From Hydrolagus affinis (lineage: Eukaryota), in assembly GCA_012026655.1 (NCBI GenBank), contig JAAILG010000217.1:1-64000 (forward strand): DNA of 64,000 nt, given 5' to 3'. Below are positions 1 through 11,453 of this stretch, piece after piece. How positions within the stretch are numbered: the first letter of the stretch is position 1; every line of letters starts with the position of its first letter. Below the pieces are notes generated by a model that saw nothing but the letters and a program-made list of their open reading frames with translations, was not told where the DNA came from and ran no database searches. Both the position numbers and the translations under genes were made by a program.

Positions 1-43
1 TTTTTTTTAACCAAAAAAACATACCTAAGTATGCGTCTGGGAT

Positions 44-90
44 GGTGTGTGTGTGTGTGTGTGTGGAGGGGGGGGAGGTGGGGGGTGGGG
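44..90 (+). repeat. (GT)n microsatellite followed by G-runs (G-quadruplex-capable)
   Basis: gtgtgt... then gggggggg-aggt-gggggg-t-gggg seen directly. Confidence 0.85.
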
Positions 91-165
91 TTCAATCAAT
101 AATTTAATTTTGTGAAATGTGTTCTTTCTGGGCTCGGGTGAAGTCGCACTGGAGCGGACACTGTT

Positions 166-1447
166 ACACTCACTCACTCCACCACACACACTCAATCACT
201 CACTCTACACACACTCACTCACTCCACCACACACACTCAATCACTCACTATATACACCACCACAGTCACTCTCTACACCACACACACTCACTCACTCTAC
301 ACTCACTCACTACACCACACACACTCACTACATACACCACACTCACTAACTCTCTACACACACACTCACTCTCTACATCGCACTCATTAACTATACCATA
401 CCACACTCACTCACTCACTCACTCACTCCACACTCACTCACACCACACTCACTAACTCTCTACATCGCACTCACTCACCACACCACACACACTCACTACA
501 CCACACTCACTCACTCTACATTGCACTCACTCACTACACCACACAGTCACTCACTCACTCGACACTCACTCACTCACTCTACACCACACTCACTAACTAC
601 ATCGCACTCACTCACTAACTACATACACCACACTCACTCACTACACCACACTCACTTATTCACTCTACACTCACTCCACCACACTCACTACATACACCAC
701 ACACACTCACTACACCACACTCACCAACTCTCTACATTGCACTCACTCACTACACCACACACACTCACTCACTCTACACTCACTCATTCACTCACTCCAC
801 CACACTCACTCACTGCATACAACATACTCACTCTACACTCACTCCACCACATTCACTCACTACACCACACACACTCACTACATACACCACACTTTCTCAA
901 CCCACCACACTCACTTCACCTCACTCTACACCAGCCTCACTCATTCACTCTACACCACACACACTCACTCTCTACACCACACTCACTCATTACACCACAC
1001 TCACTCCACCACACTCACTCTCTACAGCACACCCACTCACTCACTCTACACCACTCACTCTCTACACCTCACTCACTCCACCACACTCACTCAGTACACT
1101 CACCACCACACTCACCTCACTCACTCACTCCACCACACTCACTCACTACACTCACTACACTCACTCACTCACTCACTCACTCACTCACTCACTCCACTCA
1201 CTCCACTCACTCACTCTATACCAGCCTCACTCATTCACTCACTACACCACACTCACTCATTCACTCACTACACCACACTCACTCATTCACTCACTACACC
1301 ACACTCACTCACTCTCTACGCTGTACTCACTCATTACACCACACTCATTCACTCCACCAGCCTCACTCATTCACTCCACAAGCCTCACTCACTTCACCAG
1401 CCTCACTCACTCACTCCACCAGCCTCACCCACTCACTCGCTCACTCT
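166..1447. repeat. Degenerate compound microsatellite (CACT/CAC/CA)n, ~1.3 kb
   Basis: Continuous cactcactcact/acaccacacac units; explains the His/Ser/Leu/Thr ORFs 117-455 and 521-1678. Confidence 0.95.
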
Positions 1448-1458
1448 ATTAGTGTATG

Positions 1459-1943
1459 TATTGCACTAAGTTTCAATCACGATGAAATGATTAATCTCCC
1501 AGATGAACAATTATTGAACCGAGTCATTTACAGCCCAGTAAATCATGAAGGTCCTGTAAACCATGGATGGGTATTGTGGGAATTCCAAGTACCATTAATT
1601 CTACAGTTCAGATATCAAACACATTGGCTGTTGATCCCATCATTAATAAACCCTTTTTATTGGTTGTTATTTAAATAATTAACACAGCCTGTAATCCTCT
1701 CTGTGCACATAATAATAATAATAATAATAATAATCCTTGCATTTGATATAGCGCTTTCCACATCTTATCAACGTCCCAAAGCGCTTCACAGAATATACTG
1801 TAAAGTGAATTGACTGTATATATTTGTGGGCTCCTTCATGCTTACACGAAGCCTATAATAGTGGCCAGAATGTGTTAGTGGACATTTATTATGACCCCAG
1901 TCTCTGGTACTAAATCTAAGGATTTTATTCCATTCCATACATG
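1459..1943 (+). repeat. Copy A of a ~300-bp AT-rich duplicated element, interrupted at 1698-1868 by an insertion containing a SINE 3' end
   Basis: 1459-1697 plus 1869-1943 align colinearly with 29391-29705 (tattgcactaagtttcaatcac...tcatttacagcccagtaaatcatg...ccatacatg). Confidence 0.9.
1711..1830 (-). mobile_element. 3' fragment of tRNA-derived Deu-type SINE
   Basis: (aat)n ccttgcatttgatatagcgc...gtaaagtgaattgactgtata is the reverse complement of the tail of full-length copies (e.g. 57650-57957). Confidence 0.85.
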
Positions 1944-1944
1944 C

Positions 1945-2160
1945 AAATAATAAAATTGGACATTTCAATCCATGACAGTTTGTGGGACAGTGCTCTGCGC
2001 AATTGGCTGCCACATTTCACCCACAAATATTCACATTTCGCCCACAAATTGAATTCAGTCAATTCACTTTACAGTGTATTCTGCGAAGCGCTTTGAGACG
2101 TCTAGAAGACGTGAAAAGCGTTATAAATGCAAGGATTATTATTTATTATTATTATTATTA
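1945..2160 (+). mobile_element. 5'-truncated tRNA-derived Deu-type SINE
   Basis: tgtgggacagtgctctgcgcaattggctgcc...aaatgcaagg(att)n tail. Confidence 0.85.
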
Positions 2161-2257
2161 CCTCCCACCCCACCCACCTTCTCCACCATACTCAGTCACT
2201 GCACCAGTTTCATTCTTGCTCCACTTTCTGTCTGACAGGGATCCTATATATAACCGT

Positions 2258-2481
2258 CTCTCACACACACCCTGTGTATCAGTCTCACACTCTCACAGAC
2301 TGTCTCCCTGCCACACTATCTCTCTCTCACCCAGTCTCTCTCCCACACTGTATCTCTCTCTCTCTCTCTCTCGCCACACTATAGCTCTCAGTCCCTCTCT
2401 GCCACGCTGTTTATCTCTCTAACTTTCTCTGTCTCTCACACTGTCTGTCAGTCCCTCACACACTGTGTGTGTGTGTGTGTG
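2258..2481. repeat. (CT)n/(CA)n/(GT)n simple repeats
   Basis: Direct inspection. Confidence 0.85.
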
Positions 2482-2487
2482 CGTCTC

Positions 2488-2670
2488 TCACATGCATGTG
2501 ACCGGCAGGAATGTAAACAGACCGAGCGGCCAATCAGGCGGAGGCCGGCAGTGTCGACGTCACAATCACAAGCCTTGGAGCCCCACCCACCCAATCATGT
2601 GACTGACAGGCCGTGTGTGATTGACAGCCTGACCAGGCACGGGCAGTGTGTATGTGATTGACTGTGTGAC
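2488..2670 (+). promoter_or_regulatory. Putative BIM promoter motif cluster
   Basis: Locally CpG-rich. Contains palindrome TCACATGCATGTGA 2488-2501, FOXO GTAAACA 2513-2519, CCAAT 2530-2534 and 2591-2595, GGCGGA 2537-2542, CRE-like CGACGTCA 2555-2562 and PBX-PREP decamer TGATTGACAG 2618-2627. Lies ~2.3 kb upstream of the first coding exon. TSS and non-coding exon 1 not located. Confidence 0.6.
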
Positions 2671-2675
2671 TGAAA

Positions 2676-2980
2676 CCTGTAGCTCAGTGGTTAGAGCATT
2701 CGCTTTATAAGCAAGAGACCTGGGTTCGATTCCATGCAGGGCAAAATCTTGGGCGAGTTTCCTTGCTCACATGTCCAATAATAATCCCTCAAAAAAAATC
2801 AACAATCAGTTGGTCATTTCAATCCACGACTGTTTGTGGGACACTGCTGTGCGCAATTGCCTGCTACGTTTCGCCCACAAATATACAGTCAATTCACTTT
2901 ACAGTATATTCTGTGAAACGCTTTGAGGTTTTCTAGAAGACGTGTAAAATGTTATATCAAGTACAAGAATTATTATTATT
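2676..2980 (+). mobile_element. Full-length tRNA-derived SINE (young family)
   Basis: A box TAGCTCAGTGG, B box GGTTCGATTCC, Deu-like body and (att)n tail. Confidence 0.9.
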
Positions 2981-4903
2981 AATATCCAACTGACTAGGAA
3001 CAGGCTGTGTGACCAACTGACTGATCAATTCGGGTCAAGCTGTGATGGACTAAGTGACTGATCAGACTGTGTGACTGACCGACTGCCTGATCGGCGACAA
3101 GCTTTGTGACCACAGCACCAGTGATAAAGAGTGGGGCATGAGGAGCGGGGGTAGAAGGGTAGAGTATATTTTTAATCCTCTGAGGAAAAGGCTGACCAGC
3201 GAAAGGGTCGAATCCACCAGGCAACATCGCAGGAATTACAACAGGGAAACATGGACTATAGCTAAATAAAAAGGAGTTAGTTCTTTTTGAAGTGAACAAT
3301 TTGATTTCTTTTTGACACTGGCAACACATATTTCTATTTATAACCCACAACACATCCCATGTCCTATTTTTAAACGTTTTTTTCTCTCCTTTTAAATTAG
3401 CACACTTTACAGATGTTTCCCATTATAAAAGTGCAGAAGTAGAGGTTTGGAGTTTAATCTGAGCGCTTCAGCAGTTGGGTAGCCCTGTGCGTGTGTGTGT
3501 GTGTTGACAGTGTGTAAGCTGTGTAGTGACGCACTTGTTGAAGATGCTGTTGCTGCCAATACTGGAACTGCTGTGGTCAGCACATTGGAGAGAACAATGG
3601 AACTGTAGTAGGAAAAACGCCAGACTCACATCTCGTCACATCCCTCACAATGCTTGCCTCTAGATTTCATCAGAACGAAACAAAATATTTCTGCACAAAG
3701 AGTGCAGTTCTAGATTTCATACTGGATTGTGGAATTACAATGTCCTTGTCTTGTGCCAAACGGTTTCGGGGGTAGGAGGGGGTGCAGGTCTAGACTTTCC
3801 AATTGATTTGTTTTAATGGGTGCATATATATTGTCTTGAGAAGAACTTTTATCACGTTGGAAAAAGTTAGTAAATTAGTGGAAGGAGAGTGCAGATAAAA
3901 GAGGATGTAGACCCACACAATTTATGACTAATATGTGTAAGAAAACATTGACTCCTTACTCATCTTTGAATGGCATCAAGACTGTCCATTGCTGCTTTAC
4001 TTCAGTTATTTTATCACAAAACCAGCTGCTTTAAGACTAAGATTAGAGGCGGCAGGAGTGTGTAACATTGCCATGGAATCTATCCAACAATGACAGCATC
4101 AGCTTTTATACATTTGAGCTGTAAGCAGGTGGGCTGCTTAGCAGAAAAATCTTCTGTATTAGGATACATTACAGAGTTGATAAAACACAGATGTATCCTC
4201 ATCACACTTTAATGAAATGCCCAGAATTGATCAGAAGTACATTTGCTAAACAGTTTTGAGAGCTGGAAGTCATTTGTGTTATGCTCTGAAGTTGATTATT
4301 AGCCAGAAATATAATTTGGGATAACTCCCTCAGTTGTAAGAATAATCAATATCAGAATTAAAATCCTGCAGTATCTCTGTTGCTACCCAGGCCAACATCA
4401 GATAATTCAACAAACACTAAGATTGAACCAGCAGGAGATCTTCCAGGCCTGTTTGAGTTCAATTCACTGGCAGTATATTCACTCATTGAAACTTCAAGTA
4501 AATGCTCCTTGAACAACTTGAGTGACCACAAAATCTTAAAAGATTTAGTTTTACAGATGTATTACTACTTGCAATTGACAGTTTTACACAAACAATGTGA
4601 AGCACTGGGTGCTAGTCAAAGCCTTGAAGTTAAGCAGATAATGTTAACTAGAAGTATTCAGTGCGTGATTCCTGGTGACATTTTTATTCATCCATAATCA
4701 GTCAGTGATAACAAGGCTAGATTTGTTTAGCTACTTTTTAATTGTTAAATCACAGAGAATTAAGTAATTTAATAAACACCGCTATTATTAAAATATTTTG
4801 CATAATTTATTACCTACAAGTCATCTAATAATAAAATATATGTCCATGTGCTTAATGTAAATGAGACATACATATTAATTGTTTCTTTATTTTTCTCATG
4901 TAG

Positions 4904-4974
4904 GACAACATGCAGTCAGTTTCAGTTCCACACGCTGACTGACAGAAGAGAAGGTTGTGAAGGAGTACCCAGGC
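4904..4974 (+). other. BCL2L11: 5' part (UTR) of first coding exon of BIM-like gene; contains uORF 4910-4942 (MQSVSVPHAD*)
   Basis: Polypyrimidine tract tttctttatttttctcatgtag| ending at 4903; in-frame TGA at 4936-4938 upstream of ATG 4975. Confidence 0.7.
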
Positions 4975-5290
4975 ATGTCACGAGGTGAGCTTCCTGGGCA
5001 AAGCGATTTCCGTATTAACACGACATGCGAGAATATCCAATTGTCACCGACCTTCATTACAACTTGCCCATTATTCAATACGAATTTTTTTCGTACACCA
5101 CATTCCCCTGTTTCCCCATCTTCGAGAACCGGCAGGTTGTCCAGTGGATATTTTACTTTTGATGTGGACATCGGACTGATGGCTAAACCCACGAGTTGCG
5201 ACAAGTCTACACAGACTCCAAGCCCAACCTGCCAAGCCATCTACCTTGCACGTCAAGCTCTGGCACAGACACCGCATTCGCAGACTCATG
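4975..5290 (+). CDS. BCL2L11: BCL2-like 11 (BIM), first coding exon (BimEL-type)
   Basis: Encodes SPTFITTCPLF (cf. BIM SPGPFATRSPLF), LSSGYFTFD (cf. SSSGYFSFD degron) and SCDKSTQTPSPTCQA (LC8-binding KSTQT motif). Donor G|GTAAGA at 5291, phase 1. Confidence 0.92.
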
Positions 5291-8200
5291 GTAAGAATCT
5301 CCTTCTTTGGTGTCTGGCAGAAAGTTAGCCAGAAGTGATGGTCATTCGGTTCAGAAAGTTACCGACATACACATCTGATAAATCTCATAATTTAGCTTAG
5401 ATCTCAATGGTAATGATCTGAACTAACTTTACAAAATAGAATGTAGCCGAGACCTCAATCAAATGTGTTCTTTGTTTTTTTAGATGAATATAGGATATAT
5501 GTAAGTGCTTGTATACCACAACTGCTCTCAACCAGAGGTTTAATTATAGTAATTGGACCGATGAACCTTTGCAGGTGTAAACAGTGAGATTTCCCTCCCT
5601 GGCACCTCCCTGCCTCTCCGACCTCCTCGCCATGCGGCAATTCGGCTCAATTGGCACCAAACTCCTGCTTGTCCCTCACCACTGTTAAGCGTTCTGAGAT
5701 GCTACTCTGAGTGGAGAATGCTATAAGTGTGCAAGTTGCTATTGTTGATAAGGCGGTACCTTGGATTTACATCTATTTTAAAGACACATGGTACACTATC
5801 CGTAACTACAGCAAATGTAGGGTTCTTTTCGATCAATGAGATGTTTTGGACAAAAATTGCTTGGCTTTACATGGGGGAATGTTCAGTGCATTTCTCAAAT
5901 ACTGTATATGAAGATTTAGTTTACACAAAGTGACCCCAAAATGCGGATATACTATGTCAGTTATCTAATTAAAGATTAGATCACACTTTATCTCTAAATC
6001 TGGTGAACGCATTCTAACCTATATTCAACCATTTCTGAAGATCGACAAATAAACAGTTCTTGGAAAAGTGTGTCTTCATTCGTAACCGTGAACATGAAAT
6101 AATGGTCATGAAGTGTAGTAAACAGTGTGTGTGAAAGGAGTACATCTGAAAAGCACACCATTTAACTTTCCAGTTCTTTGAAATCGTTATACTACTCGAT
6201 GACCATTTAGTATTTTTCTTCCATCAATGACTGCATTTAACATTGAATTAGACCCCTGAGGTAAAGGTTTTGTTATTGTATGAATAATAGAAGTAGGAAA
6301 AGATTGTAGTGTAGTCAAAATATAGGTGGGGACTTTTTGTGCTGAGTAGACCAGTCCTATATGATACTCAGACATCACAATAGGCTGTTTTTGTTGGCCA
6401 TTCCTTCACTGTTTTAGCTCTATCAGATTTGATTTGTTAATTCACATTCATAGTCTTTCAGATACAACCATGCACATAAAGAACAATATTTTCTTTCATA
6501 CAGTACTAACCAGCAATTCCAAAGCAATGATGTATATGATAAAATAAGTTGTTATGTTGAGTTAGTGCATGTATTTGGGGAGGGAAGTATCTCTGGTTTA
6601 TTGTTAAATACACAGTACAATAACCAAACATAATTGTGGAAGTTAAGTCACAGATAATGCAATGTATTAACAATGATCCCAAACATATTTCAATAATGAT
6701 TATACATAGAGAAAAGGAGTATATAAATGTGATTTGGTGAGTTATAAGACCTGCCTTTGAAGTCCTGGAGGGTTTTGGTTGAAGCAAAATACTAAAAGGT
6801 CGGCAAAACAAAAATTAAGTACTATATCAGGGGAATTGTAAACGTGGATCAGTTTTCAGTCTTGATTAAGTTTCTAAAAAGAATAGCGGACTAAAACTTG
6901 ATATTGCTGCCAAGATAAACATTTATCTTCACATTTTGCACTATGGTTGAATGCAGCTGTTCCAATAGTTTTGGGTCTTTCTTTGCCCGGAATGAAGAGA
7001 AATCCAAGAACAGTAACCCAGGTATTGATCCTTATTTTCTATTAGATCTTAAAGCCCACCATTTGGTAATCGATCTGGGTTATTAGTCAGGGTCAAGGAT
7101 GGCTGATGGCTTTATTATAGCATGCTAGTGCCTACTATTCCTGGTTATGTTTGCCTTTGCTTTATCCTAGTTGAAAGTGCATGTTTTGGATAATTGCCAG
7201 TTAGAACTTGAGGCTGTTCAAACAGCCATGACAGCAATAAATAAAGCAGGCAGTGTTTTGTTTTCTTCAAATAGAACTAAATCCAAGCAATGAAGTATTT
7301 TTCATTAACATTAATTACTCCTCTCTTTTTTATGATACGCTGACCTCACTTTTCCTATTGTGAAGGAACGATTACAGTTCTACTGAGATTTATGGGTAAC
7401 GTTAATGATAACAAACCTTGTATTTGATTGCAGGTTGCTCTATCGGTGTAAAGCATGCCCTATCTGATAGAACTTTTTACACCTGGGAATGTCAGTAAAG
7501 AAAGACAGATTTCCCCAGGAAGCAATGATGTATAACCAATAATTCTTGGTAGGACAATAACGCTATAATTAGAGATTTAAAATGACAGCTCAGACAAAAA
7601 TAAACACACAACATAAACAAATACCACAAGGACTAGCTTCCCACATGGCTAGGAGAGCTCTGAATATAGCCCATTTCATTCAAACAACATTTCTACAATA
7701 TGACCACTTGTTTCTATTACTAAATGAATTAATAAAGTAATATTAATGGTGGTATCTCATTGAAATAAATGAAAAGGCTTTGGTCCTCCTTTTAAGAAGC
7801 TGTTTTATTCTGCAGCATAGTAAGGTAACATAATGACATTTTTCTTATGTAATTAATCTTTTTTCTTTGGGTTTTCTTTGGCTCTATTAATGTCTGAAAG
7901 TAGTAACGATGACTGAGGTTTTCACACACCACAAGCTGATGCAATATTAAACATCTTTAGGGGCCTATGACACACATATGGGACTGGTTAATGTCAGACT
8001 TCTGTGCAATACAGTATAACTACAGATTAAATGGTGCCTCTTTTCTGCCTTGCTAATTGTATCTTGTGTCTGTCTTTTTTGGTGTTGCCACAGAAAGGCC
8101 TTTCCGAAAGCCCCAGATTAATTTCACTATCAACCACTTAACCACAGTATTAATTTCCTGAATTACCTAGCTTTTATTGGTATGATGTCAGCATGGGGTG

Positions 8201-8649
8201 GAAAACTATGCATCAGAAGTGCATGGATAGAGAGTGCCATGTTTTAATATTGCAATGCAAGCTTGACACTCCTGTTGGATATGCACCTGTAGCTATGTGG
8301 GTTCACTTGACTTTCACTGGATTGCCTCAGAGCTGGCCTGCTGCAAAAGCTGTTCTCTGCTCACCTGAATGTGAAACCTCTGTGTTTGGTTTCATTTGAA
8401 TTGGCTTTCTTACGCAGGTCCAAAGCACACTTAGAGCAAGATTCATATCAAAACAACATTTTAAACTAAAACAGGCTTTATAAGTAGATAAATGAAACTA
8501 TAATCTTTAAAGCAGCTGCCAAATCTCTTTAAACCTCGAAACACTTATATTACTCAACATTATCTACATTAGAAATATTTAATAAACATTTGCAATCATA
8601 TCTGATCATCACAGACCAAAACTAACAACAATAAATTCCATACCATCGT

Positions 8650-8970
8650 ATCTTTATATGATGCTTTTCACATTGGGAGGACATCCCAAGGTATTGCAAC
8701 AGTTCAGGGCTTGCACTCAAGTTGCAGTTGGGGGTGGGGAAAGATGACTGAAGGTTTGGTCCAAGAGGAACATTTTGTGTTGGATGTTGAAGGAGTGAGA
8801 GAATGGTCAATGTAAGGGGCCTCGAAAATGGGGTTCTAGAGAGTGAGGGCAGAAAGGTTGAGGGCCTGGACAATCATGATGGGATAGGCAGGCTGGGGGA
8901 GGTGAAGCAGGCCTGTCAAGCAGATACAGTTGGTAGGGTTTTAGAAGATCACAGAGATAGGGTGGGGCAA
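8650..8970 (-). mobile_element. Degraded L2-type LINE 3' region
   Basis: cttttcacattgggaggacatcccaagg tail motif followed by purine-rich antisense L2-like sequence, similar to 17020-17430. Confidence 0.5.
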
Positions 8971-9839
8971 GACTGTAGTGTATACAACTGCAAGCACCCG
9001 TTTATACACTATGAGCAGGTTCCTTAGTCAAATCTTTTATGTAACAGTTTCATATTTCACTAAGCAATATTCAATAAATTATCCAGTGGCAGTTAACTGC
9101 TGATTCAGTACTGTGGAAAGCAGTTTCTATTGTACTTGATTTTCCTCAGTTACATGCAAATAGAGTGTAATAGGTCTCTGAATATGTACACAGGAAAAAG
9201 CATGTGCATGTTTCAAAAGCTGAAGAACTGGTTAAATAGTCAACAGATTGATTGATGGTATTGTGGAGTTTGTGTATTTATAAATTGGGGATGCATCTTA
9301 TTAGCAATATGCATTTCTTGCTAATATATCAGTTATTGAAAGAAATGAACTTTAATTGCCAAACAAGATTGAAGATCTCCCATACATTCACTCTGCTGCT
9401 TCCTCACTGCATGCTTACAATAATTACTAATGTACATTAATGATGTTATTATCTTAACTTTTTATAACTAACCATATTTTCCACTCCCTTGCCTAATTTC
9501 ATTTGTCACTCAGCAAGCAGTGAAGTAACTGCCAATTATACTTCAGAACTGGAACAAAACTGACAGCTATCCCAATGCCTCAGTAAAACCTCCACATGAC
9601 AAAATGACAATCGCAGAGCCAAGCAAGCAGTGATGGAGAAGGGTTAAAATTGGTGTCAATGACCATGGGTTAGGGAAGCAAAACCAACAATATTTCCCAA
9701 TCCAGTATTCCTGCTAGAAAGGTGGTGTGTAAAAATGAAACAACAAGATCAGGAATTACTTGTGATGCCTCTATAGCTGAACTCTTTCACACTAATTTAT
9801 ACTCATATACTGACATGCACTCACAGTCACTCACAAAAA

Positions 9840-10085
9840 AAGAGATTCAGTCTGTCTGTTCATAATGTGGACATTAAAGATTTCATGACTTTATTTGAAA
9901 AAGAGAAGGGAGTTTCTCCCACTGGTCTGGCCAACATTCCCCCAAATGAAATTGGTCATTCACTTCACATTGATGGACACAAATTGGCTGCCACGTTCAC
10001 CTACAAGTAGACAGTTACTACACTTTTTGGAAAACTGAAGCCCTTTGAAACATTTTGACTTGATGAACACTATCAAAATCAAGGG
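9840..10085 (+). mobile_element. Old Deu-domain SINE (SacSINE1/AmnSINE1-like) fragment
   Basis: ctgtctgttc...gtggacattaaagatttcatg...gaagggagtttctcccc...ctggccaacattcccc. Confidence 0.7.
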
Positions 10086-10812
10086 TTACTATTCTTGCTG
10101 CTTGGGTGAGGTACTGAAGGATAGGTACTGTAACACCAAAGAAACATAGTGACAATGTTTACACCAACATGTGTAAGCAACTTTTAGCAGAGAAGGAAGA
10201 GAGAAGTATGGAAGAAACAAATAGACTATATGTTATTTTGATAATGCATAGTGGTGAACGGTTGTACACTTTTGCAATCTCTTGCCATTGATAATGACCC
10301 CCAAATATTAAAAAGATACATAACTAAAGTGCAGTAAATTGTTCTCCACAATTGTGAAGTGACTTTTGCAGTAAAATCAGTCTCTATGTTGGAATCCTAC
10401 ATGGAGAAGAAGGAAAAACACTTGGGAAGTTCGAACTTAAAATACCAGATTTGGGTGCTGAAAAAACAAAAATATTATTAAAATCCCACCATAGTAGAAT
10501 GATTCTTGATAATTATATCAAAGTTCTTGCATTTAAATATTTAAATATTGCTCTGTTATCCTGCAAATATTGTGAATGTTTTACCCTGTTGTGTGAGTAG
10601 CGTTTAAATTTTTTTAAAAGGAAATGATTTTATATGTATTCACACGAAGGTCAGTGCTGAGTTCATGATGGAGACTTATAATAATAATAAATGTTTACAA
10701 TTGATATAGGACTTTCATGTCAGGGGAACAAAGTGCTTCACAAGATAAATTGTAAAGAGTGTAATGACTATTGTGTAGATGAACACCAAGATGTGGCAAC
10801 TGTCCTATCACC

Positions 10813-10849
10813 AGTTCTGACGAAGGGTTATAGACCCGAAACGTTGACT
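10813..10849 (+). ncRNA. Minimal type I hammerhead ribozyme motif (sense to BIM pre-mRNA)
   Basis: AGUU-CUGACGA-A-GGGU(UAUAG)ACCC-GAAA-CGUU-GACU: intact CUGANGA and GAAA cores, 4-bp stem II, stem I AGUU/GACU, palindromic AACGUU in place of stem III. Confidence 0.72.
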
Positions 10850-10950
10850 CTTTTTCCTTTCTCCATGGATGCTGCTTGACCTGCTGAGTTTCCCCAGCAA
10901 CTTTTGTTTTTGTTTCAGATTCCCAGCATCTGCAGTATTTTGTGTTTTGT
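10813..10950 (+). mobile_element. Penelope-like retroelement terminal-repeat fragment (138 bp) with 8-bp TSD
   Basis: Flanked by ctatcacc at 10805-10812 and 10951-10958. Near-identical copies at 20971-21106 and 23817-24050. Begins with a hammerhead motif as in PLE pseudo-LTRs. Confidence 0.8.
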
Positions 10951-11313
10951 CTATCACCTCTTGTGTTCTTCCATGCCTATAGGCTCTGCATCTTGAAATC
11001 GCATCTTCTTCAAGTGTTTATTTTATATAACCAACAAGTAAATTCAATATAATTACAATATGAATTGTATATTTATATAGAGTCTTTGAAGTCCTAAAGA
11101 GCTTGACATTGCTGGCTGGGCACCTGAGTTGGGGTGGGAAGAACCAAAACAGCCAAAAAAGAAACAAGTTGTCTGCCTTCATACACATTAGCCTGCACCC
11201 AGTCTGGACCATTCATGCAGAAATTACTTTCATATATCTTACACTCACAATTCACACGCTTAGTGCTGCCACTGCAAGAATGTTTGCATTTTATTTTCTG
11301 ATTATTTTTGTAG

Positions 11314-11453
11314 GTGGAAACTCGAACCGACAGGCTACAGGTGTTGAGGAAATGCCTCAACCGATACCCATCAACATGCATGTGGAGCGGTTGATCGGCC
11401 AGGAGCTACGGAGAATCGGTGATGAATTTGATGTTCTCCATCGATTACCAATG
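11314..11453 (+). CDS. BCL2L11: BIM BH3-domain exon
   Basis: Acceptor ttttattttctgattatttttgtag|, phase 1 matches upstream donor. Encodes VERLIGQELRRIGDEFD (BIM BH3 IAQELRRIGDEFN). Donor ATG|GTAAAT, phase 0. Confidence 0.95.

Noticed and set aside
117-1678. Long His/Ser/Thr/Leu-rich ORFs (up to 385 aa)
   Set aside because: Translation of a (CACT)n microsatellite. The unique C-terminal part is the duplicated element, whose second copy has frame-breaking indels.
2676-2750. tRNA-like sequences (also at 46640-46707, 48240-48309, 54771-54840, 57650-57720)
   Set aside because: These are SINE heads, each continuing into the same SINE body and tail, with no proper acceptor stem; not tRNA genes
4957-4974. 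GTG start given by the ORF track
   Set aside because: Eukaryotic gene; the first in-frame ATG is 4975, and the track ORF also runs past the splice donor at 5291
11103-11313. N-terminal part of ORF 11103-11492
   Set aside because: Intronic; a clear polypyrimidine tract and AG precede 11314, where the phase matches the upstream exon
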